DNA of 64,000 bases from Halorussus marinus (GCF_004765795.1 NZ_SBIV01000007.1:62001-126000); one strand, 5' to 3'. Shown: positions 27,130 to 38,161, numbered from the stretch's first letter. Numbers and translations are program-made. Notes: generated from the sequence alone by a model not told the origin.

Positions 27130-27981
27130 ATGAAGACAGTTGAACTCAACAACGGTGTGGAGATGCCGATTCTCGGATTCGGCACGTATCAAATCGAGGA
27201 CCTCGACGAGTGCGAACGAAGTGTCTCGGAAGCACTCGATACGGGGTATCGACTCATTGATACCGCGGCGGCGTATGGGAACGAGAAGGCGGTTGGGCGG
27301 GCAATCGAGAAGAGCGACGTGCCGCGAGACGAGGTGTTCGTTACGTCAAAACTCTGGGTGCAGGACACCGGCTACGAGGCTACGTTGGACGCGTTCGAGC
27401 GATCGTTGGACCGACTGGGCCTCGACTACCTCGACCTGTTTCTGATTCATCAGCCCTACGGCGACGTCCACTGTTCGTGGCAGGCTATGGAAGACCTCTA
27501 CGAGGACGGCAAAATCAGGGCCATTGGGGTCAGCAACTTCCACCCCGACCGGGTGATGGACCTCATGGTCCACAACGACGTCGTCCCGGCAGTGAATCAG
27601 ATCGAGACGCATCCCTTCTACCAGCGAACCGAGGATGCAGCATTCCTCGAGGAACAGGACATCCAACACGAGTCGTGGGGGCCGTTCGCCGAAGGCCAGA
27701 ACAACATCTTCGAGCACGACGTGTTGACCACGATCGGAGGCCGCCACGGCAAATCCGCTGCACAGGTAGTGCTTCGATGGCTCATCCAGCGCGAAATCGT
27801 CGCCATTCCGAAATCGGTTCACGCCGACCGGATCGCCGAGAACTTCGAGGTCTTCGACTTTGAACTCACCGACGAGGAGATGGAGACGGTCGCCGAACTA
27901 AACGAGGGTGAAAGCCAGTTCTTCGACCACCGAGACCCGGGAATGGTGAAGTGGCTGGGGGAAGCTGAGCGCGAGACCTAA
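27130..27981 (+). CDS. Aldo/keto reductase (2,5-DKG-reductase-like)
   Basis: [24 protein letters not shown] and IPKS. Confidence 0.93.
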   Translation: MKTVELNNGVEMPILGFGTYQIEDLDECERSVSEALDTGYRLIDTAAAYGNEKAVGRAIEKSDVPRDEVFVTSKLWVQDTGYEATLDAFERSLDRLGLDYLDLFLIHQPYGDVHCSWQAMEDLYEDGKIRAIGVSNFHPDRVMDLMVHNDVVPAVNQIETHPFYQRTEDAAFLEEQDIQHESWGPFAEGQNNIFEHDVLTTIGGRHGKSAAQVVLRWLIQREIVAIPKSVHADRIAENFEVFDFELTDEEMETVAELNEGESQFFDHRDPGMVKWLGEAERET

Positions 27982-28118
27982 ATCTCGATTACAGAGCGCT
28001 CCCTTCGGCCAGCACTCAATGTGACTGCGGTACGCATCGCTTACGGATACTTAAACGCGGTATCTCGTTAGCATCACGCCCAAGCGATTCACGTCCTTTG
28101 TTCAAACCGAGCACGACG

Positions 28119-29132
28119 ATGGAATACACGACTCTTGCTTCGACCGGAATGGAGGTCAGCCGCATCTGTCTCGGCGGGATGAGTTTCGGCGTGAGCGACT
28201 TCCACGACTGGACGCTCGACGAGGAGGGCTCGCGCGAAATTATCGAACGCGCGATTGACCTCGGTATCAACTTCTTCGACACGGCCAACGCGTACTCAAA
28301 TGGAGAGTCCGAGGAGATCATTGGGAATGTTCTCGGAGAGTACGACCGCGACGAACACGTCGTCGCCACGAAATGCTACTTCCCCACGAACCTCTTCTCC
28401 GATGCAGACGAACCGCACCCGAACGCGTCGGGACTCTCCCGGAAGACTGTCGAGCAAGAACTGGAGAATTCGCTAGACCGACTGGGGATGGATACCATCG
28501 ACCTCTACCAGATCCACCGGTGGGACTACGAGACACCCATCGAGCAAACGCTGCGTACCCTTGATGACGCAGTTCGACGCGGGAAGGTTCGATACATCGG
28601 CGCGTCGTCGATGTGGACTCACCAGTTCGCCGAGGCACTGTACACCAGCGAGCACCTAGATCTTGAACAGTTCATGACGATGCAGGACCACTACAACCTC
28701 GTCTACCGCGAAGGCGAGCGGGAGATGTTCCCCTTCTGCGAGAAAGAAGACATCGGCGTCATCCCGTGGAGTCCGCTCGCACAAGGATACCTCACCCGCC
28801 CCCACGAAGAGATGACGGCGACGACCCGCGGCGAAGAGCTCACCGAGACGCACGAGGAATACCGGATGGGCGGCGGACCGGCCGTCAACGAGCGCGTCGA
28901 GGAACTCGCTGCGGAGAAGGGGGTGACGATGGCACAGCTCTCGCTGGCGTGGTTACTCTACCAGGACGTCGTTGATGCACCGATCGTCGGCACCACGAGC
29001 GTCGAACATCTCGAACAAGCCGTCGACGCACTCGATATCGACCTGACGGATTCAGAGCTAGAGTACTTGGAAGAACCGTACGAGCCCCTGCCGATTGCCG
29101 GCACTCCTGTCCCTGGGTCGGAAGCCAACTAG
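28119..29132 (+). CDS. Aldo/keto reductase (aryl-alcohol-dehydrogenase-like)
   Basis: GINFFDTANAY, IDLYQIHRWD and WSPLAQG. Confidence 0.93.
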   Translation: MEYTTLASTGMEVSRICLGGMSFGVSDFHDWTLDEEGSREIIERAIDLGINFFDTANAYSNGESEEIIGNVLGEYDRDEHVVATKCYFPTNLFSDADEPHPNASGLSRKTVEQELENSLDRLGMDTIDLYQIHRWDYETPIEQTLRTLDDAVRRGKVRYIGASSMWTHQFAEALYTSEHLDLEQFMTMQDHYNLVYREGEREMFPFCEKEDIGVIPWSPLAQGYLTRPHEEMTATTRGEELTETHEEYRMGGGPAVNERVEELAAEKGVTMAQLSLAWLLYQDVVDAPIVGTTSVEHLEQAVDALDIDLTDSELEYLEEPYEPLPIAGTPVPGSEAN

Positions 29133-29165
29133 AGCTCGATGATCTGTGGCTTCAGTCACTCCATA

Positions 29166-29849
29166 ATGAGAGAGAATACCCTACGTACTTCGGACGATTC
29201 GGAGATCGATAGAACGAGTCGGCGTAAACTGCTAGGGGCAGCTGCAGTGGCAGGAGGTGGCTTCCTTGCGGGATGTATACACCAGAGCGGGTCCGAGACG
29301 GAAGAGCAGAATACCCCCTCCCAAACTGCGGATGAGGACAGCGTACTGATCGTGTTTTTCTCTCGTACGGAAAACACCCAAGCTGTCGCTGAAATCATTC
29401 AGCAAGAAGTGGGTGGAGAGCTGTTCGAAGTGTTGCCGGCAGACCCGTACCCCGTCGATTACGACACGCTCGTCTCACAGGTAGACCAAGAAAACGAAGA
29501 GGGCTACACCCCGCCTCTCCAATGTAACGTGGAGAATATCGAGGCGTATGACACCGTATTTTTCGGTGCCCCGACGTGGGATATGCAGTTGCCACCGCCG
29601 ATGAAGACCTTTCTGAGTGAACACGATTTGGGCGGGAAGACTGTGGTCCCGTTCAATACGAATGGTGGGTATGGCGTCGGGAGTAGCTTTCAAACGATAG
29701 AAGACCGCTGTCCAGATGCCGATGTACGGGAGGGCTTCTCCACGAGGGGTGGGTTGGAGAGAGATGGTGTGTACCTGGCAATCAAAGACGATCGGCGGGA
29801 GGAAGTCAGGGCGGAAGTGACTGAGTGGTTACAGAGGATTCAGATGTAA
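29166..29849 (+). CDS. Flavodoxin with Tat lipoprotein signal
   Basis: SRRKLL and LAGC in the signal; FMN loop FFSRTENT, PTW and PFNTNGG. Confidence 0.85.
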   Translation: MRENTLRTSDDSEIDRTSRRKLLGAAAVAGGGFLAGCIHQSGSETEEQNTPSQTADEDSVLIVFFSRTENTQAVAEIIQQEVGGELFEVLPADPYPVDYDTLVSQVDQENEEGYTPPLQCNVENIEAYDTVFFGAPTWDMQLPPPMKTFLSEHDLGGKTVVPFNTNGGYGVGSSFQTIEDRCPDADVREGFSTRGGLERDGVYLAIKDDRREEVRAEVTEWLQRIQM

Positions 29850-29899
29850 CCTCAGCCTTGCCGGTGCCGCGGCCGCACCCCTCTCATGGAATTGTTGCG

Positions 29900-30769
29900 T
29901 CACCGAAGTCGAACCGTTTCACCATCATACTCGAGAATATCCTTCGTGACCAGTCGCTCAATCGCGTCATTGACGGCGTCCTCTTGATCGCCAGAAAGCG
30001 CCCGCACATTCGAAAGGGCCCGCTCTTGAATTGCTTCGACGCCGTTGATGCCCTCGTCAACAGCTTTCAATATGGTGTACTCGATCTCGAATGCTGTCGC
30101 GAACGTTTCGATGCGGTCGATGAACGCATCCGGGAGCCCGGACAATGAGTTCACCGCTATTTCGATTGCGAATAGCGGGTGGGAGCGGTCACGGATCTGT
30201 CGTGCTTCAGTGGAGCCAGTATTGAACGGTCGCTGATCGTCAATCTCCGTCAGAATCACCTCATAGTCTAACCCACGCTGGGCATACGTTCGCATATCTT
30301 CGATGTCGCGGCGTCGGCCACTCCCCAGATCTCCGCCGGAGACCGCTTTTAGCAGAAACATATCCTCATCGGAGAGAATGTGTGCTGTTGCGTGACGGCC
30401 GGTCCAGAACTCTTCAGCCCGGTCGTGCATTCGGTCGGTGATCCACACTTTCCCGACGACCTGCCGTTCGAAGAGGTCAATCTGGAGTCCACGCTCTGCG
30501 TGATGCAGTTCGACGGTTTTCCCGACGCCCTCAAACGACTCTGTTGGCTCGCCGACCACTGAGAATCCCTTGGATGTGAGCGTCTGATAGACGTGTTCGA
30601 ACTCAGAGACCACACCAAGCGCGAGGTCGATATCCTCCGTCTGGTCTTTCAACCCGTGAACTGTCATCGCCGATCCCCCAAGGAGATACACAGTTACGGA
30701 CTCTGACAGCCAGCTGTCGAACTCTTCGAGAAACGCCCTGATTGCCTCGCTACCACTAAATACAGTCAT
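29900..30769 (-). CDS. DUF6036/AbiEii-like nucleotidyltransferase
   Basis: LLGGSAM...TEDIDL, LLK and RRDIED. Confidence 0.8.
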   Translation of the reverse strand: MTVFSGSEAIRAFLEEFDSWLSESVTVYLLGGSAMTVHGLKDQTEDIDLALGVVSEFEHVYQTLTSKGFSVVGEPTESFEGVGKTVELHHAERGLQIDLFERQVVGKVWITDRMHDRAEEFWTGRHATAHILSDEDMFLLKAVSGGDLGSGRRRDIEDMRTYAQRGLDYEVILTEIDDQRPFNTGSTEARQIRDRSHPLFAIEIAVNSLSGLPDAFIDRIETFATAFEIEYTILKAVDEGINGVEAIQERALSNVRALSGDQEDAVNDAIERLVTKDILEYDGETVRLR

Positions 30770-31716
30770 GCGACTCCGTACTGCTCTTTGAGTGCCCTGA
30801 ATTCTGCTTCACTCGGGAGGACGACAGGAAGGTCCTCAGCGATGTCGAACTCTCCTTGGAGTGACCGATACATCGCAGTCACCGTAGACTCTAGACCATA
30901 CCACTGCGAAGTCCTTGTCAGCGTCTCTTGGCCGATGTCCGATGTCTCGATCAAGAGCATTGCATAACTGACACGGCGGGACCCGCTATCGAGGACGAGC
31001 GTGTGGCACACTACGTCGGCAGGTGTGAGTTCCATGTCTGGAGCATACCAGAACGCGGGTTCGCCAGCGAGGAAAAATTGCAGGCCGTACTCGGCAAACC
31101 GAGCAAGCCCGGTCAGTTGCCAGTCGGTGGCGCCCTCGAGTGCCTCCGTATCCTCGGCTGTCTGCACGCGGACGAGTGCTCGCTTCGGATCACACCATTC
31201 GACGGTCGCACTCGGTGCAAGTCTTCGGACGCGCGACCGGTGCTCGTGCCGGACGACTGCACGAGCGAACGTCAGCAGCGGCGAGAGGTCCTCACTCAAC
31301 GCGTACTCCGGGCCGGAGGGGGATAGCATCGAGCGATGTTTGAGCGGTGACAGCGCCTTGTGGGCGCCTTGCCGAGTAATCTTGAGTCGCTCAGCAATCT
31401 CAGACACACGTCGGGGCTCGTCGAGATACCAGCATACCCGGAGTGTAGCCGGCGAGAGAAGGTCGGGCCATTCGACGTGTCCAAGTTCGGATCGAAGGGC
31501 CCGGTACGCTTCGACGACTGGGTGGTCTGTGAGGGAGACCTCCCGCTGGTTGTTTGCCCCACGGTGTTCGGCGAGCAACCCCGATTCGAGTAGCTTGTCG
31601 AGTACGTCGTAGAGATGAGTCTGCGAATATTCGGTTTCCATCGCGAGATCAGCTGCTGTGGCTTCCCGGCCGGTGCTCAACGCGTCGATGACGGCGAGTC
31701 CAGCCTTAGTGAGCAT
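30766..31716 (-). CDS. Tandem wHTH protein (putative cognate antitoxin/regulator)
   Basis: Two HTH segments. ATGA overlap with the nucleotidyltransferase. Paralog of 42824..43747. Confidence 0.75.
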   Translation of the reverse strand: MLTKAGLAVIDALSTGREATAADLAMETEYSQTHLYDVLDKLLESGLLAEHRGANNQREVSLTDHPVVEAYRALRSELGHVEWPDLLSPATLRVCWYLDEPRRVSEIAERLKITRQGAHKALSPLKHRSMLSPSGPEYALSEDLSPLLTFARAVVRHEHRSRVRRLAPSATVEWCDPKRALVRVQTAEDTEALEGATDWQLTGLARFAEYGLQFFLAGEPAFWYAPDMELTPADVVCHTLVLDSGSRRVSYAMLLIETSDIGQETLTRTSQWYGLESTVTAMYRSLQGEFDIAEDLPVVLPSEAEFRALKEQYGVA

Positions 31717-31863
31717 CTGTGTCTACTGTAAGAACCATACCTATAAATACGTTTGCTGATTTAGGTTGACGACAATCGATTCAACAACGATTCGTCAATG
31801 CGATCTGCGAGCGCAGTCTCCAATGATCTGTTGAGTTACTATCTGAATGGGGAGCGAACATCG

Positions 31864-32259
31864 CTAAGCCAGATGTGACACCTCATCTGGTTCCTCCACA
31901 TCGTCGAATTCGCCACGTTCGACCGGCTCCCAGTCCTCATTTGGCTTCGGACTCCACCAGTCGACCTCATAGTCGTCTGGGGCACCGAGGACCTTCACCC
32001 GTGCCGACCCATCGGGTAGGTCGCGACGGAGCTTCTCGTCGACGTGGAGGTTCCACGTCGAGTGGGTGTCGAAGCAGGCGAGGACGGCCTCCTCGTAGCC
32101 GCGTGTCTCTCGGGATTCTTGGAGTTCGACCTGCGTGTTGCAGTTCTTGCAGAACACACCCTCGAACAGAATGTGACTGAATACCTCGTGCCCGCAGACG
32201 GGACACCAGAGGAACTCGAACAGTGCTTCGCTGTGACGGTCGATAACTTCCAGACTCAT
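31864..32259 (-). CDS. Hypothetical Zn-ribbon protein
   Basis: CPVC...CKNC, acidic, with the leader motif upstream. Confidence 0.75.
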   Translation of the reverse strand: MSLEVIDRHSEALFEFLWCPVCGHEVFSHILFEGVFCKNCNTQVELQESRETRGYEEAVLACFDTHSTWNLHVDEKLRRDLPDGSARVKVLGAPDDYEVDWWSPKPNEDWEPVERGEFDDVEEPDEVSHLA

Positions 32260-32337
32260 CTGTGAACCTGGCCCGATTGAGACGGGCCACCCCTCTCGGC
32301 CCAAAAATAAACGCCCTCGCAGATGCACCCTTATCAA

Positions 32338-32703
32338 TCAGCGCTCGGCGCCGTACACGATTCTCGAGGATGCTTCGTACCCACAGCTCCGACACTCAAA
32401 CCAGCGCTGAACTTTCGCGCCGTCAGCCGTTTTCCCACCGATTGCCACGTCGCTACTCGGACACTCGGGACAGCTCAGCTCGGGCGCTGGCCGGTCACGG
32501 AGCTCGTCACGGAACGATTTCGCGTCTTTCGTCTCGTACCCCCGCGACCACACCGGGTAGCCGTCGACGAGGATTGCGCCACGCCACTTGTAGCGGTACG
32601 AGTCCGGGGCTCGGTGTAGGACAGCCCGAGCGCCGGTCTCCGTATTCCGGTATGCGAGTGTGGGCGTGCGGCTCTCGCGCTTCCAATTTGTGATCCGGGA
32701 CAT
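32338..32703 (-). CDS. Hypothetical protein with C-terminal Zn ribbon
   Basis: CPEC...CRSC. Starts 3 nt after the upstream stop. Confidence 0.75.
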   Translation of the reverse strand: MSRITNWKRESRTPTLAYRNTETGARAVLHRAPDSYRYKWRGAILVDGYPVWSRGYETKDAKSFRDELRDRPAPELSCPECPSSDVAIGGKTADGAKVQRWFECRSCGYEASSRIVYGAER

Positions 32704-32706
32704 CTG

Positions 32707-33198
32707 TTAGAAGTGGACGTCGGCGGGCACGATCCAGAGCTCCTCGCTCACCTCCAGCACTCGATCCAGGTGGTCACGGTGACGGATCCCGTTCGCGTAT
32801 TCGTTGTACAGGAAGATCGTCGGACCATCGTACGCACCGACCTTGTGGAAGGCGTGCCGGGCGAGGTCCTCGTCGCGCATGATCTCCTCGTCGGAGAGCT
32901 CGTCGATGGCCTCCTTCACCCGGCTGAGATTCCGCTCGAACTCCTCTTTCGTCGCCTCCCAGCCACGCTCAAGCAGGTCTTGGCCGTCATCGGAGTCGAT
33001 GGGGGCTGCAGTCGGCAACTCACCCCATCGCGCCTTCCCCGCAACGGACGTATCCTCCTCATCGAACGTGATGTAGTAATCGAAGACGGCGCCGGCGTGT
33101 GGGTCCGCGCCGACCAGGCGGTCGAACACCGTCTTTCCGGTGGCCAGTGCGTCGTCGTGGGTCGATTCTTCTACCAGAGCGTAAATTACCATGTGCAT
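32707..33198 (-). CDS. Hypothetical acidic protein
   Basis: MHMVIYALVE start with a GAGGTG RBS and halophile composition. Confidence 0.75.
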   Translation of the reverse strand: MHMVIYALVEESTHDDALATGKTVFDRLVGADPHAGAVFDYYITFDEEDTSVAGKARWGELPTAAPIDSDDGQDLLERGWEATKEEFERNLSRVKEAIDELSDEEIMRDEDLARHAFHKVGAYDGPTIFLYNEYANGIRHRDHLDRVLEVSEELWIVPADVHF

Positions 33199-33306
33199 CT
33201 CGAACACCTCGAAACGCCGACGCACCGGGAGTGATTGCTCGCTCGCTCCTGCTGCGCCGGCACCCATCGCCGGCGCTCGAAAAACTCTCCTCGTGACGGA
33301 GGATTC

Positions 33307-33723
33307 TCAGGCCTCGTCCGCTCGTCCGACAGTGATGGTCAGGTCGCCCGACGCGTAGTCAGCCTCGAAGTCGACCACGAACGCGTCCGCCTCGTAGGCG
33401 GCGTGGTAGGCGCGGTGGCGTTGGAGTGAGCCTGTCGCCTTGAAGTGGAAGAACGCGGCCGCCGTGTAGGGCTTGCTCTGTGTTTCGACCTGCGACTCGA
33501 CGGATGCGGGGCGCGCGATCTGGGGCGTCTCCGTGTCGATACTCGCAGCGAACTCCTTCGCTTCCTCGACGGTTGCTTGCGAATGTGCCGGTGTCTCGCC
33601 GGTGAGCACGTTCACCGGGGTTTCCGTCTCGTCGGTGAACAGGACGTCTTCGAAGGTATGTGTCCCGAGGACCGCCTCGGGATCCAACTCGCGGTCGTGA
33701 AACGGGTCGTCATCTGAGGTCAT
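33307..33723 (-). CDS. Hypothetical acidic protein
   Basis: 138 aa, halophile composition, leader motif upstream. Confidence 0.75.
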   Translation of the reverse strand: MTSDDDPFHDRELDPEAVLGTHTFEDVLFTDETETPVNVLTGETPAHSQATVEEAKEFAASIDTETPQIARPASVESQVETQSKPYTAAAFFHFKATGSLQRHRAYHAAYEADAFVVDFEADYASGDLTITVGRADEA

Positions 33724-33926
33724 CGAATCACGAGCCTATGGCGGGGCTCACCCATTCCCGCCCCTGAAAAACAGCAGCTGCCACGAAGCAAATCATCTCT
33801 GTAGCTTCCGCTCCTCGAAGATGGAGGAGACGACTACCGGCGTCTGATCGTCATCATATGTGACTACTGGAGCTGACTTCCGAAAAATACCGATCGTGAA
33901 CAGTGTTTTCTGTTCTTCGACGCGAT

Positions 33927-36305
33927 TCAGGCGTCGAAGAACCGGTCGGGCGTCATCCGCGATAGGCGCATCGCGTTCCCGGTGACGCCGAGGCTCATCC
34001 CCATGTCGCCGACGATGACCGCGACCGCGACGCTCACCAGTCCCAGCGGGACGCCGAGTGCAAGCAGGGCTTTCACGCCGAGGCTCGACCAGATATTCTG
34101 GCGGATCACGCCGTTCGCCGTGTGCGACAGCCCGTAGAGATACGGCAGCTTGCCGATGTCGTCGCCCATCAGCGCGATGTCGGCGGTCTCGATTGCGGTG
34201 TCCGTTCCGGCCGCGCCCATCGCGATGCCGACCTCAGCGGTCGCCAGCGCGGGCGCGTCGTTGATGCCGTCGCCGACCATCGCCACGTCGCCGTACTCCG
34301 CCTGTAACGCCTCCACGGCATCGACCTTCTCGTCGGGCAATAGTTCTGCACGATACTCGTCGACGCCGACCTGTTCGGCGATCGCACGGGCCGTCCCCTC
34401 GTTGTCGCCGGTCAGCATCACGACATGCGCGACGCCGAGTTCGTGTAGCCGTGCGACCGCCCGTTCGGCGGCCGGCCGTACCTCGTCGGCGATGGCGATA
34501 ATGCCGATCAATTCGGTATCCGTGCCGACGAGGACGACCGTCTTCCCCTCATTCTCGAACCGCGAGATCGCGCCGTCCTCGAGGTCGGCACAGTCCTCGC
34601 GTTCGCACTGTTCGTGGGCCACTTCGGCGACTGCGCCGCCGTCGGCACGGAGGTGGGCGTGCGACAGGTCGAAGCCCAACTCCTCGAAGAGGGCGGGCTT
34701 GCCTGCATAGTACGTCTCGCCGTCGATGTCTGCGCTGATCCCCTTTCCGGTGATGCTCTCGAATTTCTCGATACTCGGCACGTCATCGCCGGCATCCTTT
34801 TCGGCGCGTTCGAGTATCGCCTCGGCGATTGGGTGTTCGCTTCGCTGCTCGAGTGCAGCCGCGTGCTGGAGTACCGTCTCGTCGTTCGTACCGCCAAGCG
34901 CTACGACGTCCGTGACCGCGAGTTCGCCCTTGGTGAGGGTACCAGTCTTGTCGAGGGCGATGGCGTCCACCTCGCCCATCGCTTCGAGGTGGTTGCCGCC
35001 TTTGATGAGGACACCGTTCTTCGCGGCACTGGTGATCCCCGACACCACGGAGACTGGCGTCGAGATGACAAACGCACACGGGCAGGCGATCACCAGCAGA
35101 GTAAGCCCCCGAATGAACCACGCCTGCCAGTTACCAGTGAAGGTATGTGAAAAGCCGGCGAGACCGAGGGTTGCGCCCCCGTTGATGAGCAGCGGCGGGA
35201 GCGCGGCGGTCAGAATCGCAAAGGCGACGACTACCGGCGTGTAGTAGCCAGCGAACCGGTCGACGAACTGCTCCTTCTCGGTCTTTTGCTCCTGTGCGCC
35301 CTGCACCATTTCGATGATCTGTGAGAGCGTCGATTCCGAGGCGGGGGCAGTAGCCTCAAATTCGAGGTAGCCCTCTTCGTTGATGCTGCCGGCATATACC
35401 TCGTCGCCGACGGTCTTGTCGACGGGGACGCTCTCGCCCGTGATCGGTGACTCGTCGACCGCACTTCCGCCGTCGACGACGGTGCCGTCGAGCGGAATCT
35501 TGTCGCCGGGGCGGACGATGACGGTCTCGCCGACGTCGACCTCGTCGGCGGGGACGGCGACCTCCTCCCCGTCGCGGCGGACTGTCGCCTCGTCGGGCGA
35601 CAGCTCCATCAGCTCGCGCAGGGAGTTCCGTGCCCTGTCCATCGCGTAGTTCTCGAGGATTTCGGCAGTGCTGAACAAAACAGCCAGCGTCGCCGCCTCG
35701 ACAAAGTAGCCGATGCCGGTCGCGGCGATGATCGCCGTCCCCATCAGCAGGTCGATATCGAGACTCAGGTTCTTCGCCGAGTAGTACCCGCCGCGAACAA
35801 CCGGGACACCGCTGGCGACGGTTGCCACGAGGAAGAGTACGTCCGCAATGTGAAGCGGGTAGTTGAGGACACTTGCGATGGCGATGTTCTGTCCTGCGAG
35901 GAGGAACTCGAAGAGGAGCCCGACGGTGAGGAACGCCGCTCCAATCCACGTCTTCTTCGCTCGCGGGCTCGTCCACACCTCTGACGGGGGAGCAATCTCC
36001 ATCCCGCCCTCCGATGTCTCTTCGGTGTTGTGTCCACCGTTGACGACCTCGTAGCCTGCGTTCTCGATTGCCTGAATAACCTCCGCCTCGGTCGTGCGGT
36101 CGGAATCGTAGGTGACGCTGGCTGTCCCGGTTGTCGGTTGGAGCGTGGCGTCGACGACACCGTCGACGCGCTGGAGGCTCTTGTCGACCTTTTGGGCACA
36201 CGAGGGACAGTCCATTTCGGGGACGGTGAGGCGGGCGGTCAGCTCCCGTCGCTGTCCGCCGCCGCTCGCTGGCCCCGTTGTATCCGCATCCGGGTTCTCT
36301 GTCAT
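33927..36305 (-). CDS. cadA: P1B-2 (Zn/Cd/Pb) P-type ATPase
   Basis: MDCPSC, TGES, CPC, DKTGT, EHP and GDGINDAP; Lys in TM7 and DMG in TM8. Confidence 0.92.
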   Translation of the reverse strand: MTENPDADTTGPASGGGQRRELTARLTVPEMDCPSCAQKVDKSLQRVDGVVDATLQPTTGTASVTYDSDRTTEAEVIQAIENAGYEVVNGGHNTEETSEGGMEIAPPSEVWTSPRAKKTWIGAAFLTVGLLFEFLLAGQNIAIASVLNYPLHIADVLFLVATVASGVPVVRGGYYSAKNLSLDIDLLMGTAIIAATGIGYFVEAATLAVLFSTAEILENYAMDRARNSLRELMELSPDEATVRRDGEEVAVPADEVDVGETVIVRPGDKIPLDGTVVDGGSAVDESPITGESVPVDKTVGDEVYAGSINEEGYLEFEATAPASESTLSQIIEMVQGAQEQKTEKEQFVDRFAGYYTPVVVAFAILTAALPPLLINGGATLGLAGFSHTFTGNWQAWFIRGLTLLVIACPCAFVISTPVSVVSGITSAAKNGVLIKGGNHLEAMGEVDAIALDKTGTLTKGELAVTDVVALGGTNDETVLQHAAALEQRSEHPIAEAILERAEKDAGDDVPSIEKFESITGKGISADIDGETYYAGKPALFEELGFDLSHAHLRADGGAVAEVAHEQCEREDCADLEDGAISRFENEGKTVVLVGTDTELIGIIAIADEVRPAAERAVARLHELGVAHVVMLTGDNEGTARAIAEQVGVDEYRAELLPDEKVDAVEALQAEYGDVAMVGDGINDAPALATAEVGIAMGAAGTDTAIETADIALMGDDIGKLPYLYGLSHTANGVIRQNIWSSLGVKALLALGVPLGLVSVAVAVIVGDMGMSLGVTGNAMRLSRMTPDRFFDA

Positions 36306-36365
36306 CACCTTACGGTAGGAGCGGGAGTTCGATATGTCTTTGTTGGAATATTCCAAACCCGTGCG

Positions 36366-37115
36366 TTAGCGCGATGCCAGCCGTTCTTCCGTGACCCGCT
36401 CGCCGGCAACATGTTGCTTCGCCAAATGTTCTTCCGCCCGACGGAGTCGGTAGGTGAGTGTTGACCGCGGCACGTCGAGATGCTCGGCGAGCTCGCCGAC
36501 GTCGACCTCGCGGGGCGACTCGTAGTAGCCGTGTTCGACCGCGGCCTGAAGCGCGGCCTCCTGGGCTGGCGGGAGGCCGCTCGGTGTCCCGTCGCGTCCC
36601 CCAGCTGCTGTCGTCGTGTCCGCTGTGCGAAGCATCTCCATCTGGGCGCACTCCCCGACGGCGACCTCAAGCGCGTCGAAGAACGCCGCCACGTCGCCAT
36701 CGCCGGAGTGGATGAGTCGCCACGTGTAGTGGCGACCCTCGTGACGAGTCTCGAACAGCACGCCGTCGCCGAGGTGGTCGCGAGCGATGTGGGGGACTGA
36801 GGCGCAGGTAGGGGTGCGCTCCCAATCTGAGTAGAGGATGAGCGCGTCGTCCGTGCGGTCGAGGACGCGGGTGGTCTGTGTGGCGTTGCAGTCCTCGGTG
36901 GCGAGACAGTCAGCGTAGTAGTCGCCGTTGAGAAAGGCGTCCTCGATGGCGTTGAGCGCCTCAGGCGTACCGGTGGCATGGTCGACCCGCCAGAGACGCT
37001 CGGCAGTGGCGTGCAGCGAGAGCGAGCGAACGCGAGCGTCGGGGTGGTCGGCGAGAGCGTCCGCCACCCTGTTGCAGCCGGGCTCGTATTCGAGAGCGAA
37101 GACGAGTTCGCGCAT
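36366..37115 (-). CDS. HTH_10 regulator, Cys/His-containing (probable regulator of the ATPase)
   Basis: AAVEHGYYESPRE...LAEHLDVPRST. Directly upstream of cadA. Confidence 0.85.
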   Translation of the reverse strand: MRELVFALEYEPGCNRVADALADHPDARVRSLSLHATAERLWRVDHATGTPEALNAIEDAFLNGDYYADCLATEDCNATQTTRVLDRTDDALILYSDWERTPTCASVPHIARDHLGDGVLFETRHEGRHYTWRLIHSGDGDVAAFFDALEVAVGECAQMEMLRTADTTTAAGGRDGTPSGLPPAQEAALQAAVEHGYYESPREVDVGELAEHLDVPRSTLTYRLRRAEEHLAKQHVAGERVTEERLASR

Positions 37116-37176
37116 ACCCCGTCTAAGGTCTGCTACGACATAACCCATGGCCTGCAGCGTTGTCGACCAGTAGACC

Positions 37177-37461
37177 TCAGATTACGTCGTCAGGGTCGTG
37201 AACTTCCTGCATTCGCTGTGCTTCGGCCGCGTATTGCTCTTGGAGGTCGGGGTCATCGACCATGCCAAGATTGCCGGGTTCAGCATCGACTGCTGCTGTC
37301 GTGTCTCGGACGTCGGTGAAGGACGTGAGTGCGCGTTCCTTCCGATAGTACTGTTCTCCATCGGGCGTCGCGTAGGTGAGGATGATCAGGTTCTGTTCGT
37401 CATCGGAGTACGTTCGTTCGACAAGCCAGACACGAAGACCGTCTTCAGATTGATTTGACAT
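37177..37461 (-). CDS. Hypothetical protein
   Basis: 94 aa acidic ORF (VWLVERTY...YATPDGE). Confidence 0.7.
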   Translation of the reverse strand: MSNQSEDGLRVWLVERTYSDDEQNLIILTYATPDGEQYYRKERALTSFTDVRDTTAAVDAEPGNLGMVDDPDLQEQYAAEAQRMQEVHDPDDVI

Positions 37462-37498
37462 ACTTGTGTGTTCCCCGGTATCCACTAAGGGATTGGTG

Positions 37499-38161
37499 TT
37501 ACGGCTTGCCGAGACTCGCTGTCTCGAAGGGTGATTCTTCGGTCGGAATGAGCAGCTCCTGTCGGTCTCCGACTCGCTCAGCGAGCTTCCGTTTCAGGTA
37601 CTGTCTCGCCGTCGACGGCGTGAAGACGCCCTTGTCGAGCATATCGCCGACGACGTCTTTGAGGGCCGCGAACTGGCCCTGCAGGTGGCCGTCGCCGACC
37701 GGCTCGCCGTCGTACCAACGCACCGTCGCAAGCGCGCCGTTCCCGACTGTTTCTCCCTGTTCGACCGTCTCCGAGTCGTACTGGAGGCCGAACCACAGCG
37801 TCCGATAGGCGGCCACCTCGAACGTCGTCGACACCACGAAGAACGCCTCGTGGTGGAGGTAGTCGAGGTGGTCAGCGACGATCTCCTCAAGGGTGAGCCC
37901 GGTGGCGCGGGGCTTCAGCTCGACGACCGTCGACGGTCGATCCTCGTCAGCGAGGTAGCCGTCGATCGCATCTGCCTCAAGGCCATCGGCCAGTTCAGCC
38001 AGCAGCTGTTTCGCCCACTTGGAGTCGGTGTCGTCGCCACCGAACGGCGACTCAGCCGAAATTCGGTGCTTGAGCTTGAGATTCGCTGCACCCCAATGAG
38101 AGTAGTGGAGCGTGTACTGTCCGTCAGTTCGTTCGTACGCAACGAGTGCGCGGTGGCCCAT
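37499..38161 (-). CDS. DUF6735-like hypothetical protein
   Basis: MGHRALVAYER...LHYSHWG start with a GAGGTGA RBS. Confidence 0.75.
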   Translation of the reverse strand: MGHRALVAYERTDGQYTLHYSHWGAANLKLKHRISAESPFGGDDTDSKWAKQLLAELADGLEADAIDGYLADEDRPSTVVELKPRATGLTLEEIVADHLDYLHHEAFFVVSTTFEVAAYRTLWFGLQYDSETVEQGETVGNGALATVRWYDGEPVGDGHLQGQFAALKDVVGDMLDKGVFTPSTARQYLKRKLAERVGDRQELLIPTEESPFETASLGKP

